DNA from: Alphaproteobacteria bacterium
GTDB taxonomy: Bacteria > Pseudomonadota > Alphaproteobacteria > SP197
Assembly (NCBI GenBank): GCA_964291415.2
Contig: OZ219920.1
Coordinates: 1,568,001-1,632,000, forward strand
Length of the DNA stretch: 64,000 bases
Reading direction: 5' to 3'
Shown here: one piece after another, positions 1 through 8,506 of the stretch
Position numbering within the stretch: position 1 is the first letter of the stretch
Layout of the letters: the number at the start of each line of letters is the position of its first letter
Made by a program: the position numbers and the translations under genes
The notes under the pieces: model-generated
What the model was told of the DNA's origin: nothing
What the model saw: only the letters and a program-made list of their open reading frames with translations
Databases searched by the model: none

Positions 1-222
1 CAGATCTTCTATCGCCTGTGGAGCATGAAGGAAGCACTGATCAAGGCGATCGGCACCGGGTTCTCCCTGAGTCCGTCGGGATTCGAGGTTCCCCGACCGA
101 TGCTGCAGGGAGAGCGATCCGGAACCTTCCGCTTTCCGCATCTGCCTTCACAGACGTGGCGAATCCTGGATCTGGGAGAGCCGAGATTCGCCGCCGCACT
201 TGCCTACCGGCTATCGTCATGA
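1..222 (+). CDS. Sfp-type 4'-phosphopantetheinyl transferase, C-terminal part (5' end outside window)
   Basis: Frame 1 is open from base 1 and reads QIFYRLWSMKEALIKAIGTGFS, matching the PPTase motif FxxxW(S/T)xKEAxxKAxGxG. Stop TGA at 220-222; lies upstream of a PKS. Confidence 0.85.
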   Translation, partial: QIFYRLWSMKEALIKAIGTGFSLSPSGFEVPRPMLQGERSGTFRFPHLPSQTWRILDLGEPRFAAALAYRLSS

Positions 223-361
223 CCAGGATCGATCCCGGACGTGAATCGCCCGAGGAGAGAGCCCCGCGAGTGACCACCCTGGCTGGAGCCCGCCTTCCTC
301 CGGGTGCGGTCGTTCTCCCACCATGCCACACGATTGCCGGCCTTGCACACCAACGGACGTC

Positions 362-2122
362 ATGAGCGCCAGTGGACGCAAGGGCCTGCGCTACGAGCCC
401 CACGAAAAGCCGCCGCCGGCACTCTCCTTCGGCCTGGGCCTGCAGATCGTCGTTCTTTCCATCGCCGGCATCATCCTGGTGCCAACCATCGTGATGCGGG
501 CGGGCGGCGCCGGCGAGAGCTACCTTGCGTGGGCGGTGTTCGCGACCGTCGCGATCTGCGGCGCGACCACGATCCTGCACGCGATCCGGGTCTGGCGGAT
601 CGGCACCGGCTACCTGATCGTGATGGGACCCAGCGGGGCCTTCATCGCGATCTGCGCTGCCGCCATCGCTGAGGGCGGCCCGGCCCTGCTGGCGACCCTG
701 GTGGTCGTCTCGTCCGTGCTGCCGCTCCTGCTCGCGGCGCGGCTGCCGCTGTTCCAGCGGCTGCTGACGCCGACAGTCTCGGCAACGGTGCTGATGCTGG
801 TCCCGGTCACGGTGATGCCGGCCGTGTTCGGCCTCCTCGCCGCCGTGCCGGAAGACTCCTCCGGCGCGGCGGCGGCGCTGAGCGCGCTTGCGGCACTCGT
901 CGTCATCGCCGGCGTCGCGCTGAAGGCGACGGGCGCGCTGCGGCTGTGGGCGCCCATCATGGGCGTGGTCGCGGGCTCCGCCGTCGGCGCCGCGTTCGGC
1001 CTCTACGATGTGGACCGCGTCCTCGCCGCACCGTGGTTCGGCGTGCCGACGGGCGAGTGGGCGGGCTTCGATCTCGAATTCGGTGCGGCATTCTGGGCGC
1101 TTCTGCCGGCTTTCGTGCTCGTGACCGTCATCGCCTCCATCCGCACGATCAGCGGCGCCGTCGCCATCCAGCGGATCTCGTGGCGACGGCCCAGGGTGGT
1201 GGATTTCCGTCCGGTGCAAGGTGCGGTGATGGTGGACGGTCTGGGCAATCTCGCCGCCGGTCTCGCCGGCACGGCGCCCAACGCGGCCACGACTGTCGGC
1301 GCATCGGTGACCGAGCTGACGGGCGTTGCCGCGCGACGCGTCGGCATCGCCACCGGCGCGATCTTCATCGCGATCGCGTTCCTGCCCAAGTTGCTTGCCG
1401 TGGTGCTGGCGATACCGGGCCCGGTGGTCGCGGCCTATCTCGGGGTACTGCTGGCGATGATCTTCATCGTCGGCATGCACATCGCGATGCAGGACGGAAT
1501 CGACTACCGCAAGGGTCTGATCATCGGCGTCTCGTTCTGGATCGGCATCGGTTTCCAGTACGACATGATCTTTCCCGAACAGGTCTCCGAATTCGCCGGC
1601 GGCCTTCTTCGCAGCGGGGTCACGACCGGCGGTATCGCGGCCATCCTGATGACCATCTTCGTGGAGATGACGGGAGCGCGCCGCAGCCGGATCGAGATGG
1701 CGTTCGATCTCTCCGTCCTCCCGCTGATCAGGAAGTTCCTGGGCGAATTCACCGCCCGGAACGGGTGGGACGAGGCGATGGCCGAACGGCTGGACGCCGC
1801 CTGCGAGGAGACGCTGCTCACGCTCGTCCGGCGTGACGGGGAATCCGGGGAGAAGCCTCGAAAGCGGCGCCTGCGCCTGGCCGCCCGCCGCGAAGGCGAC
1901 GAGGCGGTGCTCGAGTTCGTTGCCGCCGCCCAGGACGACAACATCCAGGACCGGCTGGCGCTGATCGGCGACGAGCCCGACGGGATTCCGGCGGAACGCG
2001 AGATGTCGCTGCGGCTGCTGCGCCAGCTGGCGTCCTCCGTGCGTCACCAGCAGTTTCACGGAGTCGATATCGTGACCGTTCGCGTTGCCGCGCCAGCGTC
2101 CACGACAGACGAGAAGAAATGA
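362..2122 (+). CDS. NCS2 (xanthine/uracil/vitamin C permease)-fold transporter with C-terminal degenerate HATPase_c/RsbW-like domain
   Basis: NCS2-like N-terminus LRYEPHEKPP..GLGLQ, then RIGTGYLIVMGPSGAF, VDGLGN and LTGVAARRVG, with many hydrophobic segments. A soluble ~140-aa tail resembles anti-sigma kinases. Start chosen at ATG 362. Confidence 0.8.
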   Translation: MSASGRKGLRYEPHEKPPPALSFGLGLQIVVLSIAGIILVPTIVMRAGGAGESYLAWAVFATVAICGATTILHAIRVWRIGTGYLIVMGPSGAFIAICAAAIAEGGPALLATLVVVSSVLPLLLAARLPLFQRLLTPTVSATVLMLVPVTVMPAVFGLLAAVPEDSSGAAAALSALAALVVIAGVALKATGALRLWAPIMGVVAGSAVGAAFGLYDVDRVLAAPWFGVPTGEWAGFDLEFGAAFWALLPAFVLVTVIASIRTISGAVAIQRISWRRPRVVDFRPVQGAVMVDGLGNLAAGLAGTAPNAATTVGASVTELTGVAARRVGIATGAIFIAIAFLPKLLAVVLAIPGPVVAAYLGVLLAMIFIVGMHIAMQDGIDYRKGLIIGVSFWIGIGFQYDMIFPEQVSEFAGGLLRSGVTTGGIAAILMTIFVEMTGARRSRIEMAFDLSVLPLIRKFLGEFTARNGWDEAMAERLDAACEETLLTLVRRDGESGEKPRKRRLRLAARREGDEAVLEFVAAAQDDNIQDRLALIGDEPDGIPAEREMSLRLLRQLASSVRHQQFHGVDIVTVRVAAPASTTDEKK

Positions 2123-2215
2123 GGTTCTCGTACCACCGCAAGGTCCCCGGCAGCAGCCTATACACGCCTGCGCAACTGCGCGAACATGACGGTTATCGCC
2201 CCTCGGAGTACTGCG

Positions 2216-5200
2216 ATGAATGAACTGGACCAACCGGACAACGGACACCGCGTGGGAGGACGCTCCTCTTCCGGCGACGCCATAGCGATCGTCGGCATGG
2301 CCTGCCGCTTTCCGGGCGCGCCGAGCCTTCCCGAATTCTGGAATCTCATGGAGCGCGGCGGGAATGCGGTCAGCGAGGGCGAGCCCGGTTCCGGTGCGGG
2401 ACGCCTGGGCGAGATGTTCCCCGACGCCGCCGCACGCGGCGCGGCATGCCGGTTCGGGGCCTTCGTCGACGACATCGACCGCTTCGACGCGGCGTTCTTC
2501 CGAATCTCTCCGGTGGAAGCGCAGCTTCTCGATCCGCAGCAACGCATGATGCTCGAGACGAGCTGGCATGCGCTCGAGGACGCAGGCATCGATCCGGACT
2601 GCCTCAAGGGCACCCGAACCGGCGTCTACACCGGTATCAGCACTGACGAGTATCGCATGCTGGTCCTCGACTCCGCCCGGCCTTCGGAGGCGGCGGGGTG
2701 TCTCTACGCCCTCAGCGGCACGAACATGAATGGCGCCGCGGGACGAATCTCCTTCGTGCTCGGTCTGATGGGGCCGGCCAAGGCCGTGGATGCGGCCTGC
2801 GCCTCGTCCCTGGTCTCCATTCACGATGCGGTGGCGGATCTCCAGCAGGGCAAGGCGGATCTCGCCCTCGCGGGAGGCGTCCACACCATGCTGAACGGCC
2901 GCGTGTACGAACTCCGTGCGGATTCCATGATGTTGTCGCCGGATGGCCAGTGCAAGGCCTTCGACGCGTCCGCCAACGGCTACGTGCGCGGCGAAGGGTG
3001 CGGGGTCGTGGTGTTGAAACGCCTGAGCGAAGCGGAAGCAGACGGCGACCGTATCTGGGCGGTGATTCGCGGTGCCGCGGTCAACCACGGCGGGGCCAGC
3101 GCGGGATTGACGGTGCCCAACATTCCGGCGCTCGAGCAGGTCATCGAAGCTGCTCTCTTCCGGGCGGACCTTTCGCCGGCGAAAGTGGACTATCTCGAGG
3201 CACACGGAACCGGCACCACGGTGGGGGATCCCATCGAGATGACCGCTGCGGTCACGGTCTACGGGCGGGAGCGTGACGCCGATCATCCGTTGCTCGTCGG
3301 CTCCGTCAAGACCAACATCGGTCACCTCGAGGCCGCGGCCGGGGTGGCCGGGCTCATCAAGGCGGCTATGGTCGTGAAGTCCGGCTTGATTCCGAAGCAT
3401 CTGCACTTCAGGGATCCCAATCCGGGCCTCGACTGGGACCGCCTGCCGGTACGGATCACCACCGAGACCATGGAATGGCCCTGCCATGGCGAGCAGCCAC
3501 GGCGGGCGGGCGTGAATTCCTTCGGGATTTCCGGCACGAACGCCCACATCGTGCTGGAGGAGTATCGCTCTTCTCACTCCGGATCGACCGCGGAACTTCG
3601 GCCCGTTGGCTCCCCCCGCAAGGTGTCGATTGCGCTACCGGTTGCGTCAGGCGTTTCATCGCCTCCGGACGAGGAAGCGGTGCACCGCATCTCCCGCGTG
3701 CTGCCGCTCTCCGGGAAGACAACGTCCGCGCTCCGGGATCTCGCCCGACGTTATCTTCAGTGGCTCGACGAAGGCCTCGGCGCATCGTCTCAAGCCGGTG
3801 CCGAACCGGAATCGCTGCTGTCCGACATGGCGTGGACCGCAAGCACAGGCCGGAGCCATTTCGACTGCCGACGCGGTGTCGTGTTCCACGATGCCCGCTC
3901 CCTGCGAAAGCGGCTGGAGGAAGTCGCTGACTCGGCTGACGAGGCTACGACGCGGGGCCGGACAGCCCGGATCGCATTCGCCTATACCGGCCAGGGAAGC
4001 CAGTGGGCGGGCATGGGACGGGACCTCTACGAGCGGGAGCCGGTGGCACGGGCGGTGCTGGACCGCTGCGAGGCGGTGTTCCTGGAGCGAAGGGGCACCT
4101 CCCTTCTCGACGTGATGTTCGGGCGCGGCGATGCCTCGGGGGATCTGGGCGACACAGCCTGGGAGCAGCCAGCTCTCTACGCGCTCGAGTGCGCGCTCAC
4201 CGCGCTGTGGTCGAGCGTGGGTGTCCGGCCCTGCGCTGTGGTCGGACACAGTGCCGGTGAACTGGCTGCGGCCCAAGCGGCGGGAGTGTTCAGCCTCGAG
4301 GACGGAATGCACTTCTCGCAGGCACGCGGCACGGCGCTGTCGGGCACCAGCCCCGGTGCCATGGCCGCCGTCTTCGCGCCCCCGGCACGCGTGGAGTCCG
4401 CCGTGGAAACCCTGAACCGGCAGTTTGGCAGCGTTGGGCTGAGCGTTTCGGCGGACAATGGCCTCCACCAGGTGGTCAGCGGTCCCGTTGAAGCGATCGA
4501 GGCCATCACGGCGCAGCTGAAGTCCGAGGGAGTCCGGGTCCAGCGCCTGAACACAACCCGCGCCTTTCATAGCGCCCTCGTGGAACCGGCCCTCGACACC
4601 CTGGAGGCAGCGCTCAACGACGTGGCAATCAGCCCGCCTTGCATCGATGTGATCAGCAACCTGACCGGCCGCGTCGTCGAGCCCGGCACGACACTGGACG
4701 GCGCCTACTGGAGGCGTCACGCGCGGGAGCGGGTATCCTTCGGCGGCGCGGTGCGGACCCTGGCCGACCTCGGAGTGGATCTCGTCATAGAGATCGGACC
4801 CCGTTCGCTTCTGGCTCCGCTGGCGGTTTCGGCATGGCCCGATTCGGCGCCGCCGCCCCGGGTCATTGCGAGCATGGGCCTGCCGGATGAGGAGAAAACC
4901 ACTCCCGGATCGGCGAGGGTGTTCGCGGACGCGGTCGCGGAGGCCTACGAGGCGGGGCTGTCGATCCGCTTCCAGGGGCTGTTCGCGGGCGAGTCCCGAC
5001 GGCGGATCCCGATACCCGACTATCCTTTCCAGAGAGAACGTTTCTGGCTGGAGGCATCGAAACGGCGTCGCCGCGCGGCCGGTCATCCACTGCTCGGAGT
5101 CCGGCATGCTTCCGCCAGCGGTGAGATCTCCTATGAGACGGACGTGTCCGCCAGCGAACCGGCCTGGCTCGCCGATCATCGCGTGTACGGCCAGGTCGTG

Positions 5201-8200
5201 GCGCCCGGAGCGCTCTACGGCGCGATGGCGGCGTCGGCGTCTCTTGCCGAAGGCAGCGAACGCGTCGCGCTGGGGGACATCCAACTGCATAACGCGCTCG
5301 TGATGTCCGATGAGGGGGAAGACGACGCAGAGCAGAAGGGCATCCGGGCCATGCAGGTTCTGCTCGGCGCTCCCGAACCGGGGATGACGCGCCGAGTTCA
5401 GGTGTTCAGCAGAGGCGGTGACGATGAGTGGACTCTCCACATGGAGGGACGTACGACGAACGCTCCCTCTGTCGAGGGCGGAACGCGGGTCGATCTGGAA
5501 AGCCTGATTTCAGGCCTTTCACCGCTGGACACGACGACCTACTACCGGGCACGGGCGGAAACCGGAATTGACCTGGGTCCGTCGTTCCGCACCCTTCAAA
5601 GAACCTGGTGCGGCCCCGGGGAGGCTCTGGGAGAGGTGTCGCTTCCGGAAGCCTCAGGCAGCAACGAGGTCGACATTCATCCGCTCCTTCTGGACGGCTG
5701 CTTCCAGGTCGTGGGCGCGGCGCGCGGACTCGGCGGAACCCAGGGCCAGACCACCTATCTTCCCTTCGCCTGGGAGCGCTTCTGGCTCAACGGGAAACTT
5801 CCCGAAAGAGTGTTCTGCCACGTGCGCATGAAAGCGGCGGAGCAGGTGTCGGAATCGAGCGATCCTCCGGAAGTCCAGAGCGGAAACCTGTGCATCTATG
5901 ATCCGGACGGAGTCCAGATCGGTGGACTGAGCGACTACGCCGTCAAGCGGGCGACGAAGGAGGCGCTTCTCTCGTCGGTCGCAGGCATCGACGACCTTCT
6001 CTATGAAGTGACGTGGCAGGAACGCGCCCTGCCGCCCGGCGTTCAGTCCGCCGACTTCTTTCCTGAACCTGCCGAGGCCAAGGCCCGTGCCCGGCTTCTT
6101 CCCGACTACCTGCGCGATGCCGGGGTGGAGCCACAGAGCAGAAACGCCCTGCTCGCAGATCTGGAGAGCTGGTCGCATGCCTACGCGATCGCAAACCTGG
6201 ATCGGCTGGGATGGGTTCGAACGGTTGGGGAGAGCGTAAGGCCCGAGGAACTGCGAGAGACGCTGAACGTCGCTCCGGAACACGAACGACTCTTCCGCCG
6301 GATGCTCGAGATGGCGGCCCGGGCGGGGGTGCTGGCGGAGGATGGCGACGCCTTTGTGGTGCGCTCGGGAACCGGGGATGCCTGGCCGGCGGCTATCCCT
6401 GAGGATCCGGAGAGCCATGCCGAAGAGATGGCGGCACGCTATCCCCATGGACTGACCGAGATCGGGTTGTTCCGTCGCTCGGGCGGTGCTCTCGCTGACG
6501 TGCTTGTGGGCAAGAACGATCCTCTGACACTCCTATTCAGCAGCGGTGAACCGACCGCGGCCGACCTCTACCTGCGCGCCCCGGTGGCGCGCGCGGCAAA
6601 CCAGATGCTGAGCGAAGCGGTCCGCACGCTCGTGGCCGCGCTGCCGCCGGGACGGCGACTGCGGTTGATCGAGATTGGAGCGGGCACCGGATCCGCCACC
6701 GCCGCCGTGCTTCCGGAACTCCCCGAAGGGCGTTTCGACTACATGTACACCGATATCTCGGCAGGCTTCTTCTCGGAAGCCGAAGCTCGCTTCGGCGATG
6801 GTGGCGGATGCATCGAGTACCGTCCGCTCGATATCGAGAAGGACCCCATCGAACAGGGCTTCGATCTCCACGGATACGACATCGCCATAGCATCCAACGT
6901 GCTGCATGCCACACGCTATCTGGAGGAGACGCTGGCGCACTGCCGCAAGCTGCTGGCGCCATCGGGGCACCTGGTTGCGCTCGAGAACCTGCGCGGTCTG
7001 GGCTGGATGGATCTCACGTTCGGACAGCTTGATGGCTGGTGGCGTTTTGCCGACGACTTCCGTCCCCATCACGCCCTCGCCAGTCCCGCGGTGTGGCGGC
7101 GGGCGCTCGGCAACACCGGTTTTGAGGCCGTCGAAGTGCTCGGAGTGGACGAGTCCGACCCGCCGGAGACCATGGACAAGGGCGTGATTGTGGCGAAAGG
7201 CCCGGCGCGGGTAGAGGAGTCGCCGGGAACCTGGGTCCTCAGCGCGAACGAAGGCGGCCTCGCAGAAGAGATCGCCGCAGACCTGGCGGCGCGGAACCAG
7301 ACTGTCCTTCTCGCCGGAGCCCCGCCTCTTGGAGACGAAAAGCCGGTTTCCTCCGAGCCGGGCGTGCGCACGGTGTCGGTCGATGCAGATCAGCGGAACT
7401 CGTGGCGAGCGCTCCTGGAAGGACTGCCCCGTGACATTCCCTTCAAGGGCGTGGTGCATTGTGCGGGACTGGACGGTCGCGGCGCCGAGGCGACCACGGT
7501 GGAACTCATGGAGGACGTGCGGCGCGCAGGGGCCAGCGCCCTGGCCCTGATCCAGGGAGTGTCCGATTCGGACCGGACACCAGAATTGGGCGTGTGGTTC
7601 CTCACCCGCGGGGCGCAAGTCCTTGAGCGCGAGCGCGGCGGATCGATCGCCGGCGCGGTTCTGTGGGGATTCGGCAAGGCGGTGGACCGGGAGGCGGCGC
7701 ACTTCAGTCCAAGGATGATCGATCTGGACCCGACATCCATGGCGCCGGCGCCCGACCTCGTCAATGAGTTGCTGTATCCGGACCCTGAGAACCACATCGC
7801 ATACCGACTGGGGCGCCGTCAGGTGGCCCGGCTCGTCCGGGCGGGTGACGGGCAGACGCGCTTGACCCTGCCGGAACAGGCCGAGTGGGTTCTGGCTCCG
7901 GACCTGGACGGCACATTCGATCGTCCGTCGGTGCAGCCGCTTCCGGCGCGCGCCCTCGAAGCGCAGGAAGTGCGCGTTGGCGTGGACGCAGCCGGACTCA
8001 ATTTCTGGGACGTGTTCCGGTCGCTCGGATTCATCCAGGAGGGACTGCTGGGCAGGGAAATGTGCGGCCGCATTCTCGAGAAGGGTTCCGACGTGTGCAG
8101 CGTCTCGGTCGGCGACCGGGTGGTCGGACTGGGCTTCGGCGCCTTCGGGCCGCAGATGATCACAAGGGAAGAGCTCGTCGCGCCCGCGCCGGAGGGCTAT

Positions 8201-8506
8201 TCGGTGAGCGAGCTCGCCACGGTGCCGAGCGCTTTTGTTTCGGCGGCACTCTCGTTCGAGCTTTCAGGGCTGAAGGCGGGAGAGCGCGTGCTCATCCACG
8301 CCGGGGCCGGCGGAGTGGGCCTGGCCGCGATTCAGCTCGTTGAGGCTGCGGGCGCGGAGGTCTTCGCCACTGCGAGCGCGCCCAAGCAGGCCTATCTCAG
8401 ATCGCTCGGCGTGAACCGTTGTTCGACAGCCGGACCACGGAGTTCGCCGGCCAGATTCTTGACGCCACGGGCGGCGAGGGAGTGGACGTCGTCCTCAACA
8501 GCCTGA
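2216..8506 (+). CDS. supA: SupA-like type I PKS, N-terminal part (KS-AT-DH-cMT-KR structural subdomain-ER N-half); frameshifted at ~8419
   Basis: KS: DAACASS, EAHGTGT, KTNIGHLEAAAG. AT: GQGSQW, GHSAGE, AFHS. DH: HRVYGQVVAPG, DGCFQ. MT: EIGAGTG, SNVLHAT. ER: IHAGAGGVG. GGAG lies 7 nt upstream of ATG 2216. Homology is lost after GVNR (8419). The supA name rests on domain architecture. Confidence 0.85.
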   Translation: MNELDQPDNGHRVGGRSSSGDAIAIVGMACRFPGAPSLPEFWNLMERGGNAVSEGEPGSGAGRLGEMFPDAAARGAACRFGAFVDDIDRFDAAFFRISPVEAQLLDPQQRMMLETSWHALEDAGIDPDCLKGTRTGVYTGISTDEYRMLVLDSARPSEAAGCLYALSGTNMNGAAGRISFVLGLMGPAKAVDAACASSLVSIHDAVADLQQGKADLALAGGVHTMLNGRVYELRADSMMLSPDGQCKAFDASANGYVRGEGCGVVVLKRLSEAEADGDRIWAVIRGAAVNHGGASAGLTVPNIPALEQVIEAALFRADLSPAKVDYLEAHGTGTTVGDPIEMTAAVTVYGRERDADHPLLVGSVKTNIGHLEAAAGVAGLIKAAMVVKSGLIPKHLHFRDPNPGLDWDRLPVRITTETMEWPCHGEQPRRAGVNSFGISGTNAHIVLEEYRSSHSGSTAELRPVGSPRKVSIALPVASGVSSPPDEEAVHRISRVLPLSGKTTSALRDLARRYLQWLDEGLGASSQAGAEPESLLSDMAWTASTGRSHFDCRRGVVFHDARSLRKRLEEVADSADEATTRGRTARIAFAYTGQGSQWAGMGRDLYEREPVARAVLDRCEAVFLERRGTSLLDVMFGRGDASGDLGDTAWEQPALYALECALTALWSSVGVRPCAVVGHSAGELAAAQAAGVFSLEDGMHFSQARGTALSGTSPGAMAAVFAPPARVESAVETLNRQFGSVGLSVSADNGLHQVVSGPVEAIEAITAQLKSEGVRVQRLNTTRAFHSALVEPALDTLEAALNDVAISPPCIDVISNLTGRVVEPGTTLDGAYWRRHARERVSFGGAVRTLADLGVDLVIEIGPRSLLAPLAVSAWPDSAPPPRVIASMGLPDEEKTTPGSARVFADAVAEAYEAGLSIRFQGLFAGESRRRIPIPDYPFQRERFWLEASKRRRRAAGHPLLGVRHASASGEISYETDVSASEPAWLADHRVYGQVVAPGALYGAMAASASLAEGSERVALGDIQLHNALVMSDEGEDDAEQKGIRAMQVLLGAPEPGMTRRVQVFSRGGDDEWTLHMEGRTTNAPSVEGGTRVDLESLISGLSPLDTTTYYRARAETGIDLGPSFRTLQRTWCGPGEALGEVSLPEASGSNEVDIHPLLLDGCFQVVGAARGLGGTQGQTTYLPFAWERFWLNGKLPERVFCHVRMKAAEQVSESSDPPEVQSGNLCIYDPDGVQIGGLSDYAVKRATKEALLSSVAGIDDLLYEVTWQERALPPGVQSADFFPEPAEAKARARLLPDYLRDAGVEPQSRNALLADLESWSHAYAIANLDRLGWVRTVGESVRPEELRETLNVAPEHERLFRRMLEMAARAGVLAEDGDAFVVRSGTGDAWPAAIPEDPESHAEEMAARYPHGLTEIGLFRRSGGALADVLVGKNDPLTLLFSSGEPTAADLYLRAPVARAANQMLSEAVRTLVAALPPGRRLRLIEIGAGTGSATAAVLPELPEGRFDYMYTDISAGFFSEAEARFGDGGGCIEYRPLDIEKDPIEQGFDLHGYDIAIASNVLHATRYLEETLAHCRKLLAPSGHLVALENLRGLGWMDLTFGQLDGWWRFADDFRPHHALASPAVWRRALGNTGFEAVEVLGVDESDPPETMDKGVIVAKGPARVEESPGTWVLSANEGGLAEEIAADLAARNQTVLLAGAPPLGDEKPVSSEPGVRTVSVDADQRNSWRALLEGLPRDIPFKGVVHCAGLDGRGAEATTVELMEDVRRAGASALALIQGVSDSDRTPELGVWFLTRGAQVLERERGGSIAGAVLWGFGKAVDREAAHFSPRMIDLDPTSMAPAPDLVNELLYPDPENHIAYRLGRRQVARLVRAGDGQTRLTLPEQAEWVLAPDLDGTFDRPSVQPLPARALEAQEVRVGVDAAGLNFWDVFRSLGFIQEGLLGREMCGRILEKGSDVCSVSVGDRVVGLGFGAFGPQMITREELVAPAPEGYSVSELATVPSAFVSAALSFELSGLKAGERVLIHAGAGGVGLAAIQLVEAAGAEVFATASAPKQAYLRSLGVNRCSTAGPRSSPARFLTPRAAREWTSSSTA

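Noticed and set aside
41-3577. 1178-aa minus-strand ORF (also 3656-5440, 6533-7795, 8392-10899)
   Set aside because: These are antisense shadows of high-GC permease/PKS genes. They are Arg/His/Gly-rich with no motifs, as expected from codon bias.
8405-8430. Programmed -1 ribosomal frameshift in the PKS
   Set aside because: No slippery heptamer or homopolymer and no obvious stimulatory hairpin. An indel is the simpler explanation.
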